Shown: positions 51,501 to 61,220, counted from the stretch's first letter. The stretch: 64,000 nucleotides of DNA from an uncultured cyanobacterium (GCA_963793265.1 CAWBZI010000002.1:672001-736000), one strand, 5' to 3'. Notes: a model not told the origin generated them from the sequence alone. Translations and numbers: made by a program.

Positions 51501-54034
51501 ATAGTCCTTTCTCTGCCTCTTTATACACCTGGTATGGTGTAATCCTGTGCGGCCAGGTAGCGTCTACTCAGCAGGGCTATCGGATGGGCGAGCTAGCGCT
51601 AATGCTGCTAGAGAAAATGCCTGCTGAAGACATTCAAACGCGGGTGATTGCAATTGTTCATTTTTTGGTGCGCCCGTGGAAAACGCATCTTAGAGAATCA
51701 CTGCGGCCATTAGCTGAAAACTATCAGCGCGGGCTCGATAGTGGCGATAGCGAATATGCGGCATGGTCGCTTTGTAACTACTGCTATCATGCCTACCTAT
51801 CGGGCGTTGGCCTGAAGCGTCTGAATGACGAGATTTTGCGCGATCTCAATCGAATTAGCGCCCTACAACAAAACGCCGCGCTTAGCTATATCAGTCTTCA
51901 TCAGCAAGTCGTACTCAATTTGCTAGGCCAAAACTCAGATCCCACCGTTTTAGAAGGTCAGGCATTTAGTGAAACAGCTACGCTTCCTATACAGCTAGCG
52001 GGCAACGACATGACCGGGCTCTCGTTTCTATATATCAATAAAGGAATACTCGCTTACCTATTTGGCCAGGCTGATAAAGCGCTAGTTAGCTTTGAAACTG
52101 CGCTGAAATACGTACCCGGCATTAGCAGCGCCCAGTGGCTACCAACCCTGTTCTTTTACAATTCTCTAACCTGCTTGGCGCTACCTGATAGCGATCGCCT
52201 TTCACAGGTCGCCCTCAATCAACAAAAGCTAAAGGAATGGGCTAAGCTAGCACCTGCCAATCAGCTTCACCGCTGGCATTTGGTAGAAGCGGAGCGGTGT
52301 AGAGTCAGCAGTGATAAGGCTAACGCCATTGACCATTACGACCAGGCGATCGCACTGGCCCAAGCCAATAAGTTTGTTCAAGAAGAGGCGATCGCCCACG
52401 AACTCGCCGCCCAGTTTTATCTACTCTGGGGCAAAGGTCGAGTCGCCCAAAGCTACCTGATCGACGCCTACTACGCCTACAGCCGATGGGGGGCCGCCGC
52501 CAAAGTTGCAGACCTAGAGCGGCGCTATCCTAAGCTACTCGAAGCCACCTTACAAAAGAAACAACAGCAGCTATCTTCTACAGACACCATCTTGGCCTAC
52601 GCCAGCGCTCAAACCACCAGCACCACCAGCAACGCTAGCATTACCTCGGGCGTTATCGATATCACGACGCTACTGCACACCTCGCAGGTACTCTCTAGCG
52701 AAATTGAGATTGAAAAGCTGCTAACAGCCTTATTAGAGGCCGTCCTTAAAAACGCAGGCGCAGATAAGTGCGCGCTACTCATGCCTGAAGATCGCGCGGC
52801 TCAGGAACCGCAGTGGATCATAGAAGCTTTCTCAGAACTTGGTCAGCCGCCTATTATTTTAGAATCTATCACTATCGAACCGGGCAAGCAGCTACCGGTC
52901 ACGCTAATCAATCAGGTTCGGCACGCTCACAAACCAGTTATTGTCTTCAATGCGACGGTTCATCCAGTCCTGGCCGCCGACCCATACGTTTTGCAGCGCC
53001 AGCCTAAAAGCATCTTGTGTATGCCTATTCTTAATCAGGGCAAGCTCATCGCTATTTTGTATTTGGAGAACAACATCACGATTGGCGCATTTACCGATCG
53101 CCGCGTAGAAGTCCTGAACTTAATTTGCACTCAGGCCGCGATTTCTCTAGAGAATGCAAGACTTTATCAGCAGGCACAGCAAGCGCTCGCAGAGCTACAA
53201 ACCTCTCATATGCAGCTTGTACAAAGCGAAAAAATGTCTGCGCTTGGAAACTTAGTCGCAGGCGTCGCTCACGAGATCAATAATCCTGTTAATTTCTTAA
53301 AAGGCAACCTTAAACCCGCCCTTAACTATGTAGAAGATATTTTAGGCATTTTAGATTTGGTCATAGAAAACGAGCCGAGAACAGTCATCTTAGAAGAGAT
53401 CCAAGAGATCGATTTTGACTTTGTAAAAGAGGATTTGCCGAGTCTGCTTGGTTCCATGCGGTGCGGCATTAGTCGCATCCAGGGAATTAGCAACAGTTTG
53501 CGCACTTTCTCACGCGCTGACAACGACCAGAAAACAGCATTTAATCTGCATGAGGGTCTAGATAGTACGCTGCTAATTTTGAAGCATCGGCTGCTCTCAA
53601 GCGACACGCGTCCCCCGATTAAAGTGATTAAAAACTATGCCACGCTGCCTGATGTGTGCTGTTTTGCGGGGCAGCTTAATCAGGTGTTTATGAACCTGAT
53701 TGCAAATGCAATTGAGGCGATCGCAGAAGAGAGCGAGCGATGGACTATTGCTGAACTTAAAACGAACGTCAGCGCCATCACGATTACGACTGAGCAGGAA
53801 CCTGAGTGGGTTAGGGTTGCGATCGCTGACACCGGCCCCGGCATGAGCCCTGAGGTCAGAGCCAAAGTATTCGATCACCTTTTCACCACTAAGCCTGTCG
53901 GCAAAGGCACCGGCCTTGGTCTGGCCATCTCCCACGCCATCATCGTCGAAAAGCACGGCGGCACGCTCACCGTAAACTCCGAACCCGGCCAGGGCACAGA
54001 ATTTGTGATTACGCTACCGACAAAAGCGCCTTGA
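48593..54034 (+). CDS. Ser/Thr kinase - AAA ATPase - GAF - histidine kinase multidomain sensor (HstK type)
   Basis: HKDIKPAN, DFS, SPEQTGR; GASGMGKT, FLDDLQWAD; GAF; AHEINNP, NLIANAIEA, DTGPG, FTTK, GTGLGL. Confidence 0.96.
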   Translation: MDAIAQPKGYRLSEKLYEGSRTLVYRGLRERDQQPVVIKFVNDAFPSYSELIKFSSQYSIVKDLDLPELVHSLALIPHGNASALVMEDFGGIDLNHFLDQESQQGHLDRKLGNSRAGLILFFQIAIQVTEALAGINRARIIHKDIKPANILIHPHSLQVKLIDFSIASTLPREIQEIQNPNVLEGTLAYLSPEQTGRMNRGIDYRSDFYSLGVTCYELLTGQLPFVSQDPMEIVHGHLAKRPVSPYELSGEAMPKIVSDLVLKLMAKNAEDRYQSAFGLKHDLERCLYELKETDHIEPFRLGQKDASDRFLLSEKLYGRQTEVSHLLAAFDRASQGNTELMLIAGASGMGKTAVVGEVHKPIVQQRGYFIQGKYDQLERSVPLSAFIQAFSELVKRLLSESDAQIHQWQQQITQALGEDVRALVDIIPDLANIVGPCCQSVIEENAPSPSVQERAVAENRLNCLIQKFVEIFTRSQHPLVIFLDDLQWADTASLELLQLLMKDDGHLLIIGAYRDNEVSSSHPLITSLESIRTARIRATRKPNINLLTLSQLNEIDLTHLVADTLFSSQELAVPLAELIYQRTGGNPFFARQLLVALQAENQICFNPNARHWQYDLSQIKAALPTDSILELMSLRLKKLPIATQTTLQLAACIGAQFDLATLATAAEQPSTTVATNLWLALQEELVVPIDNGYRAFTLQDTAVIATVNPTYRFFHDRIQQAAYGLMEPTKQAQTHRSIGHRLLQQSDSRRELDKQLFDIVNHLNQGIELIETEEERDRLITLNLSAGRKAKTTYAYSAALSYIKTGIERLSPRHRWQTDCALALYNEAAEVAYLIGDLVAMQAYIDKILQQDIPLLDKVRAHEIHLQATISQNYFLQSVDTTLDLLDQLGETIPHAPQPDEIQQCLQITAQRIRKHSLDTLVDLPAMEDSQSLVIVRLLNKAISAAYIAKPEVLPLLVCAGINRCLQFGNSPFSASLYTWYGVILCGQVASTQQGYRMGELALMLLEKMPAEDIQTRVIAIVHFLVRPWKTHLRESLRPLAENYQRGLDSGDSEYAAWSLCNYCYHAYLSGVGLKRLNDEILRDLNRISALQQNAALSYISLHQQVVLNLLGQNSDPTVLEGQAFSETATLPIQLAGNDMTGLSFLYINKGILAYLFGQADKALVSFETALKYVPGISSAQWLPTLFFYNSLTCLALPDSDRLSQVALNQQKLKEWAKLAPANQLHRWHLVEAERCRVSSDKANAIDHYDQAIALAQANKFVQEEAIAHELAAQFYLLWGKGRVAQSYLIDAYYAYSRWGAAAKVADLERRYPKLLEATLQKKQQQLSSTDTILAYASAQTTSTTSNASITSGVIDITTLLHTSQVLSSEIEIEKLLTALLEAVLKNAGADKCALLMPEDRAAQEPQWIIEAFSELGQPPIILESITIEPGKQLPVTLINQVRHAHKPVIVFNATVHPVLAADPYVLQRQPKSILCMPILNQGKLIAILYLENNITIGAFTDRRVEVLNLICTQAAISLENARLYQQAQQALAELQTSHMQLVQSEKMSALGNLVAGVAHEINNPVNFLKGNLKPALNYVEDILGILDLVIENEPRTVILEEIQEIDFDFVKEDLPSLLGSMRCGISRIQGISNSLRTFSRADNDQKTAFNLHEGLDSTLLILKHRLLSSDTRPPIKVIKNYATLPDVCCFAGQLNQVFMNLIANAIEAIAEESERWTIAELKTNVSAITITTEQEPEWVRVAIADTGPGMSPEVRAKVFDHLFTTKPVGKGTGLGLAISHAIIVEKHGGTLTVNSEPGQGTEFVITLPTKAP

Positions 54035-54044
54035 ATCAGGCCAC

Positions 54045-54088
54045 AAAAAAGCACACGCAATAGAACGCTGCTCTACCGCATGTGCTTT
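54045..54088. terminator. hairpin terminator between the convergent kinase and MoaD/ThiS genes
   Basis: Minus strand AAAGCACATGCGGTAGAG..TTCTATTGCGTGTGCTTTTTT. Confidence 0.7.
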
Positions 54089-54110
54089 CAAAAACAGGAT
54101 TAAAGGCTGC

Positions 54111-54386
54111 TTAGCCGCCTGCGACTGCCGGAACGATGCTCACTTCGTCGCCATCACTCAGCGCAGTCTCTTTGTTATTCAAAAAGCGGATATCTTCACT
54201 GTTCACGTAGAAATTAACGAAGCGACGAAGCTCACCGCTGTCATCACACAGACGCTTTTTAATCCCTGGAAACTTATTTTCCAGCGTATTCATTAGCTCA
54301 ACAATGTTGCCGCCATCGCATTCAACGGTAGCTTGATCATTGGTGAACTTTTGCAGAGGGGTTGGAATGAGAACCTTGACGGCCAT
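54111..54386 (-). CDS. MoaD/ThiS family sulfur carrier protein
   Basis: Ubiquitin-like, C-terminal IVPAVAGG. Confidence 0.93.
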   Translation of the reverse strand: MAVKVLIPTPLQKFTNDQATVECDGGNIVELMNTLENKFPGIKKRLCDDSGELRRFVNFYVNSEDIRFLNNKETALSDGDEVSIVPAVAGG

Positions 54387-54437
54387 GTTTTTGAAATGCC
54401 TAAACTAGAAAACAGAAATTAGAAAGTAAGAGAAGCG

Positions 54438-55755
54438 CTAAACCTGGGTTTGCTGCCATTCCAAACGATTTAGCGTGTTAGCCCGCTCCCACGCCCGCTC
54501 AAAGCTATCCAGCTTAGGCTCAATCGTTAGCGGCTCGCCAATATAGCCCTGTACAGACTCAGTTGTCTTCAGACCGTTGCCCGTAATAAAGGCAACTGTT
54601 GTTTCTTCAGGGTCAATCTTACCAGCTTCTACCAGCTTCTTAAGCACGGCAATGGTCGTACCGCCTGCCGTCTCGGTAAAGATGCCTTCAGTCTCAGCAA
54701 GCAGCTTCATGCCTGCAATAATTTCAGCATCGGTCACGTCTTCAATGTTGCCGTTGGTCTTGCGAGCAACTTCTAGGGCATACATACCGTCTGCGGGATT
54801 GCCAATTGCAATTGACTTAGCAATGGTGTTGGGCTTTACAGGGGTGATAAAGTCACGGCCTTCTTTGAATGCCTGAGAAATGGGAGAGCAACCCTCAGCC
54901 TGCGCACCGCTAAAGCGAACGGCTTTCTCTTCGACCAAGCCCACTTTCACAAACTCGTTAAAGCCTTTGTGGATTTTGGTGAACAAAGAGCCTGAGGCGC
55001 AAGGTGCAACAACGTGATCGGGAAGCTGCCAGCCAAGCTGCTCAGCTACTTCAAAGCCAAGCGTTTTAGAGCCCTCAGAGTAGTAAGGGCGCAAGTTAAT
55101 ATTTACAAAGCCCCAGCCGTGAGTGTTCGCAACTTCAGAGCACAGGCGGTTTACCTGGTCGTAGTTGCCCTTTACAGCCATCAGAGTAGGGTCGTAGATG
55201 AGGGTGCCGAGAATTTTACCGGCTTCTAGATCGGCAGGAATGAACACGCAGCATTCGAGGCCCGCGTGAGCTGCGATCGCGGCCGTAGAGTTCGCCAGAT
55301 TACCGGTACTTGCACAAGAAACGGTCGAGAAACCCAGTTCCTTTGCGCGCGTGAGGGCGACTGAAACCACTCTGTCTTTAAAGCTTAGCGTCGGCATGTT
55401 TACCGCGTCGTTCTTAATGTAGAGATTTTTAAGACCGAGCTGGCGAGCCAAGCGGTTAGCCTTTACCAAAGGCGTCATGCCCGTACCGACATCGATAGGC
55501 GTATCTGTTTCAACCGGCAAAAATGCCTTGTAGCGCCAAATAGAATGACGGACCAGCCTCAATCGTTTCACGAGAGACTTGATTGCGAATGGCGTCGTAG
55601 TCATAAGCGACTTCTAGCGGGCCGAAGCATACATCTTCGCAAACGTGCTTAGCACCGAGGCCGTACTGCTCGCCGCATTCCTTACACTGAAGGGCCGTGA
55701 ACGTCTTTTGTAGCGCTGAAGATGACGTGACGAGTCTATCGATAGCTTGAGTCAT
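54438..55755 (-). pseudogene. thrC: threonine synthase family PLP enzyme with N-terminal Zn-ribbon; single +1 frameshift (pseudogene or sequencing error)
   Basis: CKEC..CEDVC..ETIEAGP in one frame, HSIWRY..NMPTLSFKDR..CASTGN..GNGLK in another; span 1318 nt = 3n+1; break near 55548. Confidence 0.85.
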
Positions 55756-55917
55756 ATGTTTAAACCCCTATAAAGCCGGTAGAGAATGAAGCTGGTGGAT
55801 AAATAGATTGACAAAGAAGCACGGCAGCTAGTGGACACGCCTCTTAACAGTCCTATTTTTAGACCTACTTTCGTTGAAGTGAACAAATGCTAACACGCTA
55901 AATATCACGGAGCAATC

Positions 55918-55942
55918 ATACCCGACAAAAATAGTCGGGATT
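55918..55942. promoter_or_regulatory. putative Rrf2/IscR-type operator
   Basis: ATACCCGACAAAAATAGTCGGGATT; matches 22/25 positions of the IscR type-1 consensus ATASYYGACTRWWWYAGTCRRSTAT. Confidence 0.6.
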
Positions 55943-56102
55943 AAGCAAGTGAGCATTTGTCAATCGCGAAACCTACTGATATCAAAGCGATTTATTACAA
56001 CGTTGTTTTGTCTTAATAGCGTAAAAGCCAGGCTTCAACTTGGCTCTGACAGACTATCAATGATTACCATTGATTTTATTTATGCCTGACATTTCTCAGC
56101 AA

Positions 56103-56537
56103 TCACGCTGATGGTTGCCGGGCGATCGCTTCTACATGAGCCCAATCTTTCGATCTAACCAGCCGCTTATTGACCTTTACTCTTTCTCGCTGGCCCCCTG
56201 GTTCATCCGCGCCCTCTATATATAAGCTGTCATTGTCTACGACGATATGGCTAAACGTAGCGAAGGGGTAGCGCTTTACGGATTTGCCGATGAGGTTATA
56301 GATAGTGATCCGATTAGGGGCGATCGCAAAATAAGGCCGCGTTAGATATAAAAACCCTACAGCTCCTAGAACTAGACTGACGAGAATAGAACTATTGAAC
56401 GATCCTTGCGTCGCTATCATCCACAGGCTCAGCAGCGTGGTGATGATGCCAACAAGTAAAAAGCTGCCGCCGAGCCACAGCGCATATCGAGCCTTGAAGT
56501 GTTCGGCTTCGGTCGGTAGCAAAGGAGTATGGGTCAT
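56103..56537 (-). CDS. hypothetical membrane protein
   Basis: Two TM segments plus a soluble beta-rich tail; start overlaps the upstream stop. Confidence 0.7.
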   Translation of the reverse strand: MTHTPLLPTEAEHFKARYALWLGGSFLLVGIITTLLSLWMIATQGSFNSSILVSLVLGAVGFLYLTRPYFAIAPNRITIYNLIGKSVKRYPFATFSHIVVDNDSLYIEGADEPGGQRERVKVNKRLVRSKDWAHVEAIARQPSA

Positions 56538-57301
56538 GCGTTTTTAGGAAAGGTGAGGCGTAGGCAGCTACGGTCTTCTGAGTCTGAAGTAGGGATGATA
56601 GAAAACGTCCCACCGATCAAAGGCACAGCCGTTTGAGCCGTCGCTAGAATTAGTCCCGTTGAAAGTTTAATGCTTTCAGCATCGGATACTTGTGCTGATG
56701 ACGCTTCTGGCAAATTGTCTACGGATTCAGAAATACTGTCTAGTTCAGATTGAAGAGAGTCGGCTGAGCGATCGCACTCAAGCACAACCGCAACAGACGC
56801 CTCAGTTTCTTCTACCTTCAACTGCATCGTCTTTGTATAAGTAACCGCGTCCTGAATTAGGCTAGCTAATATGTTTTTTAACCACTTTTCATCTGTAACA
56901 ACCTCTAATTCGTCAGTAGGAGAGGTCACCGTATAGCGGACGTTTTGATTAGAGGCTTGCAGCGAGGTAAGCATTTCTACTTCTGGCAACAAAAAGCTTA
57001 AATCAACAGCTTTTAGCTTAGGTGGCTCTCTACCTACGTCCAGCTTAGAAACCGCCGTGATTTGATCGAACAAAGCTAGCATCTTTAGCGCCGCTGCTTT
57101 AGATTGTTCGATAAACTCTTTCTCTTCTTCAGGGCCTTCGCACAAGTCTTCTAGAATTAACTGGTGAAGACTGACGATCGTGTTGACGGGCGATCGCAAC
57201 TCGTGAGACGTTCGGGCCAAAAAACCGCTCTTGAATCGCTCTAGGGCAAGCAGCCTTTGATAAGCCAACTGAAGATTTGAGCCCGTATCCGAAGTATCCA
57301 T
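56534..57301 (-). CDS. HisKA-domain histidine-kinase-like protein with degenerate ATPase domain
   Basis: FLARTSHELRSP H-box; no clear N-box Asn or DxGxG. Confidence 0.8.
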   Translation of the reverse strand: MDTSDTGSNLQLAYQRLLALERFKSGFLARTSHELRSPVNTIVSLHQLILEDLCEGPEEEKEFIEQSKAAALKMLALFDQITAVSKLDVGREPPKLKAVDLSFLLPEVEMLTSLQASNQNVRYTVTSPTDELEVVTDEKWLKNILASLIQDAVTYTKTMQLKVEETEASVAVVLECDRSADSLQSELDSISESVDNLPEASSAQVSDAESIKLSTGLILATAQTAVPLIGGTFSIIPTSDSEDRSCLRLTFPKNA

Positions 57302-57315
57302 TTTTATTAGGAACG

Positions 57316-57906
57316 CTACAGCTTAATTTTGCCTTGGCGTAACACCTGCCAGCCAAGTCCTGTCCATTTAACCACGGTAGAGGGTGTGCCGCTCTGGGAG
57401 ATATTCTGGGAGATATTTTCGTTAGTAGCTAGGGTTAGCGCGGTTGGAAAAGTGCGGGCGATGTCGACTGAAGAGATAAGGGGGGGCTGGCCTGATAGGT
57501 TGGCGCTGGTAGTGGCTAATGGGCCTGTGTAAGTGAGTAACGCTAGCGCAATTGGATGATTGGGGACGCGGATGCCGAGGGTGCCTGTGTTGAGGGGATT
57601 TAGGGTGCGGGGGGTGTGATCGCTCGCAGGCAGCACCAGCGTGAGCTGACCTGGCCAGTGTTGATCAGTGACCTGCTGCCAAACCGCCCGATCAGCATCA
57701 TTACCACTCACGTAAGGCAATAAATCCGCCAGCGTAGCGCCCATTAATATCAGCGGTTTCTCTGGCGGACGTTGCTTAGCCGCGTAGATCAGCTCAGCAT
57801 ATTCAGGCTTAGTAGCCAACGCTGGCACCGTATCGGTTGGAAAGCTGACCAGCGTAGGTTCAGCGGCTAGCCGATCGATCATCTGCTGTAGCGAAACACC
57901 AGTCAT
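57316..57906 (-). CDS. tsaC: L-threonylcarbamoyladenylate synthase (YrdC/Sua5)
   Basis: FPTDTVPAL, KQRP..KPLI, WPGQLTLVL, GIRVP, TTSANLSG, LRQG. Confidence 0.93.
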   Translation of the reverse strand: MTGVSLQQMIDRLAAEPTLVSFPTDTVPALATKPEYAELIYAAKQRPPEKPLILMGATLADLLPYVSGNDADRAVWQQVTDQHWPGQLTLVLPASDHTPRTLNPLNTGTLGIRVPNHPIALALLTYTGPLATTSANLSGQPPLISSVDIARTFPTALTLATNENISQNISQSGTPSTVVKWTGLGWQVLRQGKIKL

Positions 57907-57963
57907 AACTAAACACTACAGAAAATCCTTGAGCTACCGGCTGTAGTATATCAACTTATCCGG

Positions 57964-58665
57964 TCATGAAGCGGCTTCTAATAGCTCTGGCTGTTTAGCC
58001 AAACGTCCGTCTTCCATATACACAATGCGATCGGCAATATCTAAAATGCGGTTGTCGTGAGTAACAAGCAAAATAGTGCAGCCCTGCTTTTTCGCTAGGT
58101 CGTGCATAATATTCACCACGTCTCGGCCTGACTTTTTGTCGAGGGCGGCGGTGGGTTCGTCAGCTAAGACAATTTTGGGGCGACTGACCAGGGCGCGGGC
58201 GATCGCAACCCTTTGTTTTTGTCCGCCTGAGAGATCTGCTGGATAGTAGTTTGTGCGATCGCCCAGTCCCACCTGCTCCAACATCTCAGCCGCCCGCCGA
58301 TATCGCTCATCTCGAGAAAATATCCCCTTCACCTCCAAGCCCATCTGCACATTCTCAATTGCCGACAAACTGCCGTGCAAGTTGTGCGCCTGAAAAATAT
58401 AGCCATTATCTCTTCTCGCCTGTACTAGATCATTCTCAGAAGCCCCTGATATCTCGTGGCCTACCACCTGCAAGCTCCCTTCCTGAGCCGAACGCAGCCC
58501 ACCAATCAGGGTAAGCAACGTTGTTTTTCCAGAGCCCGATGGCCCAGTCATAATTACGATTTCGCCCGTTTCGATTTCCAGGTTTATGTCAAACAAAGCC
58601 TGCTTTCGCAGCCGTCCTGAGCCAAAGTAGTGATTGAGCTGATGAACAGAAATAGCAAAGGTCAT
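57964..58665 (-). CDS. devA: DevA family ABC transporter ATP-binding protein
   Basis: GPSGSGKTT, LSGGQ, LADEPT, VTHD; last gene of a devBCA-type operon. Confidence 0.92.
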   Translation of the reverse strand: MTFAISVHQLNHYFGSGRLRKQALFDINLEIETGEIVIMTGPSGSGKTTLLTLIGGLRSAQEGSLQVVGHEISGASENDLVQARRDNGYIFQAHNLHGSLSAIENVQMGLEVKGIFSRDERYRRAAEMLEQVGLGDRTNYYPADLSGGQKQRVAIARALVSRPKIVLADEPTAALDKKSGRDVVNIMHDLAKKQGCTILLVTHDNRILDIADRIVYMEDGRLAKQPELLEAAS

Positions 58666-58705
58666 AGGTTTAATAGAAAGAGGATTTCAATAAAAAGCGG
58701 CAGCG

Positions 58706-59890
58706 CTAGAAGACATCAGCAGGATCGGCAGCTTGAAGGCGACGTGTGGCGACCGCCCCTGAAGCACTACACATCACCAGCGTTAAGAAGAACACTAAAA
58801 CAGCGCGGCTAAACGGCATTGAAATGGCCAGCGCTGTCGCCGTTGCCGTCAGTTGATAAGCACCTATTGCCAGCAGCAGACTGGGGAAAAAGCCCAGCAC
58901 CGACAAAATCAGCGCCTCCTCAAAGACCACCGTCAACAGATAGCTGTTGCGATAGCCCATTGCCTTAAAGGTTGCGTACTCTGCCAAATGACTATTCACA
59001 TCTGTTGAAAGCACCTGATAAACAATCACCACGCCTATAATAAATCCCATTGTCGTGCCCAAGCCAAACACAAACCCGATCGGTGAATCACTCTTAATAT
59101 CGTTCAGCTCAAACTCGACGTATTCAGGCTGCGTAAACACCTGTACATCACTCGGTAGGTGTGCTTGCAAATCAGCCTTTACTCGCTCAATATCTGCGCC
59201 TTCCTCTAGTTGAATAAGCCCCATACTCACCACGCCCGCGTCCCGCTTAGGAAATAGTCTTAAAAAGTTTTGGTCACTGGTAATCAGCGCACCGTCGCTC
59301 GAAAAAGAGGCTCCTACAGAGAACAGTCCTGCGACGGTAACTGTTTGCAGCCCAATCTCTGAAGTTACAATCTGACCAGCTCTAACTTGCTCTACCACTT
59401 CTGCATAGTCTCCCCGCGAAGCCTGGTCGAATAAAACATAGACAGGCATCCGAATCTCATCTAAATGAGCATTCACCTCAGGCAAATCAAAAGCAGGACG
59501 AGTAGGATTTTGACCAATCAGCAACATCGCCTTCTTCTCACCTGTGGCCGGATTTTTCCACTCTTTAGTCGCTAAATGCAGCGCGTCAGTAGTATCAACA
59601 CCTGCTATGTCTTGGGCCTGATACAGCCGTCTGCGGGAGAACGTTTTGAGCTGGTCGAAGTTTTCGGCCTGACTGCTTAGAACAACTAAATCAGATTGAA
59701 CTTTTCGAGGGTATTGTGTGTTGGTTTTATACAGGGCGTCGGAGAAGCCGAGCTGCATAAATATGAGAATATCGGCGAAGGTAATACCTGCGATCGCTGT
59801 CAGCAGCCGCATTTTGTCGTGCTTTAGCTGTTTAAAGCCTAGAGGCGTACGATCCGTTAAAGATCTCAAAGTCTTTAATAAATTAGGCAT
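58706..59890 (-). CDS. devC: DevC family ABC transporter permease
   Basis: TPLGFKQL..AGITFADILIFMQLGF..EYATFKAMGY..ADPADVF. Confidence 0.92.
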   Translation of the reverse strand: MPNLLKTLRSLTDRTPLGFKQLKHDKMRLLTAIAGITFADILIFMQLGFSDALYKTNTQYPRKVQSDLVVLSSQAENFDQLKTFSRRRLYQAQDIAGVDTTDALHLATKEWKNPATGEKKAMLLIGQNPTRPAFDLPEVNAHLDEIRMPVYVLFDQASRGDYAEVVEQVRAGQIVTSEIGLQTVTVAGLFSVGASFSSDGALITSDQNFLRLFPKRDAGVVSMGLIQLEEGADIERVKADLQAHLPSDVQVFTQPEYVEFELNDIKSDSPIGFVFGLGTTMGFIIGVVIVYQVLSTDVNSHLAEYATFKAMGYRNSYLLTVVFEEALILSVLGFFPSLLLAIGAYQLTATATALAISMPFSRAVLVFFLTLVMCSASGAVATRRLQAADPADVF

Positions 59891-59911
59891 GAGAACACTC
59901 AAAGTAAAGGA

Positions 59912-61105
59912 TTATTCACCTGTCTCAATTGTGGCGGTCACCTGTAAATTCGTCAGTCCAGCAACCCGCTCACTTGATGCCTCATCAAGCTGTACATAAA
60001 CTTCAACAACTTTGGCATCAATGTTCGCCGCTGGATCTTCGTTCACCACCTCCTGCCTTTCCACCTGCAAGCCGATTCTCTCCACCGCGCCTGAGAGCGG
60101 CTGATCTAACACAGGGGTTGTTACAATCACTGGCTGATTGGGCCTCACCTTGTCGATGCTGTCTTGATACACTTCAGCGACCACAATCATTTGTGAGGTT
60201 TGACCCAATGTCGCAATGCCCGTATCCGAAATCTTTTCGCCAGGGCGCGTATGCAGCTTCAATATTTGACCCGCAACGGGCGATCGCACCTCAGCCTGAG
60301 CCAAATTCACCCGCGCTTCAGCCACAGTAGCCTGCGCTGCTCGCACCTCGGCCTGCGCCAGCTCAACGTCTACTGGACGGACTTCGCCAATTTGATCAAG
60401 TCTTGATCTTGCCTGGCTCACTTGCTCTTGCCCCGTCGATTGAATCCGAGAAAGACCGGCTTGTGCCTCTTCGAGTCGCCGCTGGGCCGTGGTGTAGGTA
60501 AGCTGCCTGGTGTCTCGCTCAGAGGCAGAAATTGCCCCGCGTGTGTACAGCAAATCGTACCGCTGGTAGTCAGCTTCGGCGTTGGCAACTTCTGCCTGTA
60601 ACCGGGCAATTGTAGCCTGCTGCGCTGCAACGTCGCCTACCTGAGCGGCCTCTAAGCGAGAGATCTCTGCACGCTGGGCCTGTATCTCTCCAGACTTGGC
60701 TCCTGCCTGAACTTGAGCAAGTTTAGCTTGAGCAATGCGCACCTGTTCTTCAGCCGTTTGTAGCGTGGCCTGAAGGCGATCGCGATTATCTAAAACCGCA
60801 ACAATATCACCGGCTTCAATGCGATCGCCCACCTTTACCAGCAGCTCATCAATCCGACTCTCTTGAGTAGACGTAGGCGCAGTCAGACTAATCAGTTCGC
60901 CCTGCGGCTCCAGATTGCCAAGTGCTGTTACAGTCGCAGGCTCTACCACCCGGCTCAAGCTCTCTGCGGCTTGCTGAGCCTCCTCTATTTGCATTTGGCG
61001 CACTTGCCACACGCCCATGCCGAAAATCCCTAGAGCAGCAGCAGTAGCGATCGCTATCCAACGACGAGAGGTTCCCTGCTGATTCGATGCACCTAAAGAG
61101 TTCAT
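59912..61105 (-). CDS. devB: DevB family HlyD-type membrane fusion protein
   Basis: VTALGNLEPQGE, coiled coil, VAEVYQ, DAKVVEV..GLTNLQV. Confidence 0.92.
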   Translation of the reverse strand: MNSLGASNQQGTSRRWIAIATAAALGIFGMGVWQVRQMQIEEAQQAAESLSRVVEPATVTALGNLEPQGELISLTAPTSTQESRIDELLVKVGDRIEAGDIVAVLDNRDRLQATLQTAEEQVRIAQAKLAQVQAGAKSGEIQAQRAEISRLEAAQVGDVAAQQATIARLQAEVANAEADYQRYDLLYTRGAISASERDTRQLTYTTAQRRLEEAQAGLSRIQSTGQEQVSQARSRLDQIGEVRPVDVELAQAEVRAAQATVAEARVNLAQAEVRSPVAGQILKLHTRPGEKISDTGIATLGQTSQMIVVAEVYQDSIDKVRPNQPVIVTTPVLDQPLSGAVERIGLQVERQEVVNEDPAANIDAKVVEVYVQLDEASSERVAGLTNLQVTATIETGE

Positions 61106-61147
61106 AGCTTCCTCGTTTCGCTTCTACAGATATTTTACCCTAAAATC

Positions 61148-61166
61148 TTACTAAACGGTGTAGTAA
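61148..61166. promoter_or_regulatory. putative TetR operator between divergent devB and tetR
   Basis: TTACTA-AACGGTG-TAGTAA inverted repeat. Confidence 0.6.
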
Positions 61167-61220
61167 AATCAATTATTTCGTAAGGTAGACTAGAGTCGCT
61201 GCTAAAGGCTTTATGAATCC

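Noticed and set aside
55530..55560. Programmed ribosomal frameshift in the thrC-like gene
   Set aside because: No slippery heptamer or obvious stimulatory element; a mutation or sequencing error is more parsimonious
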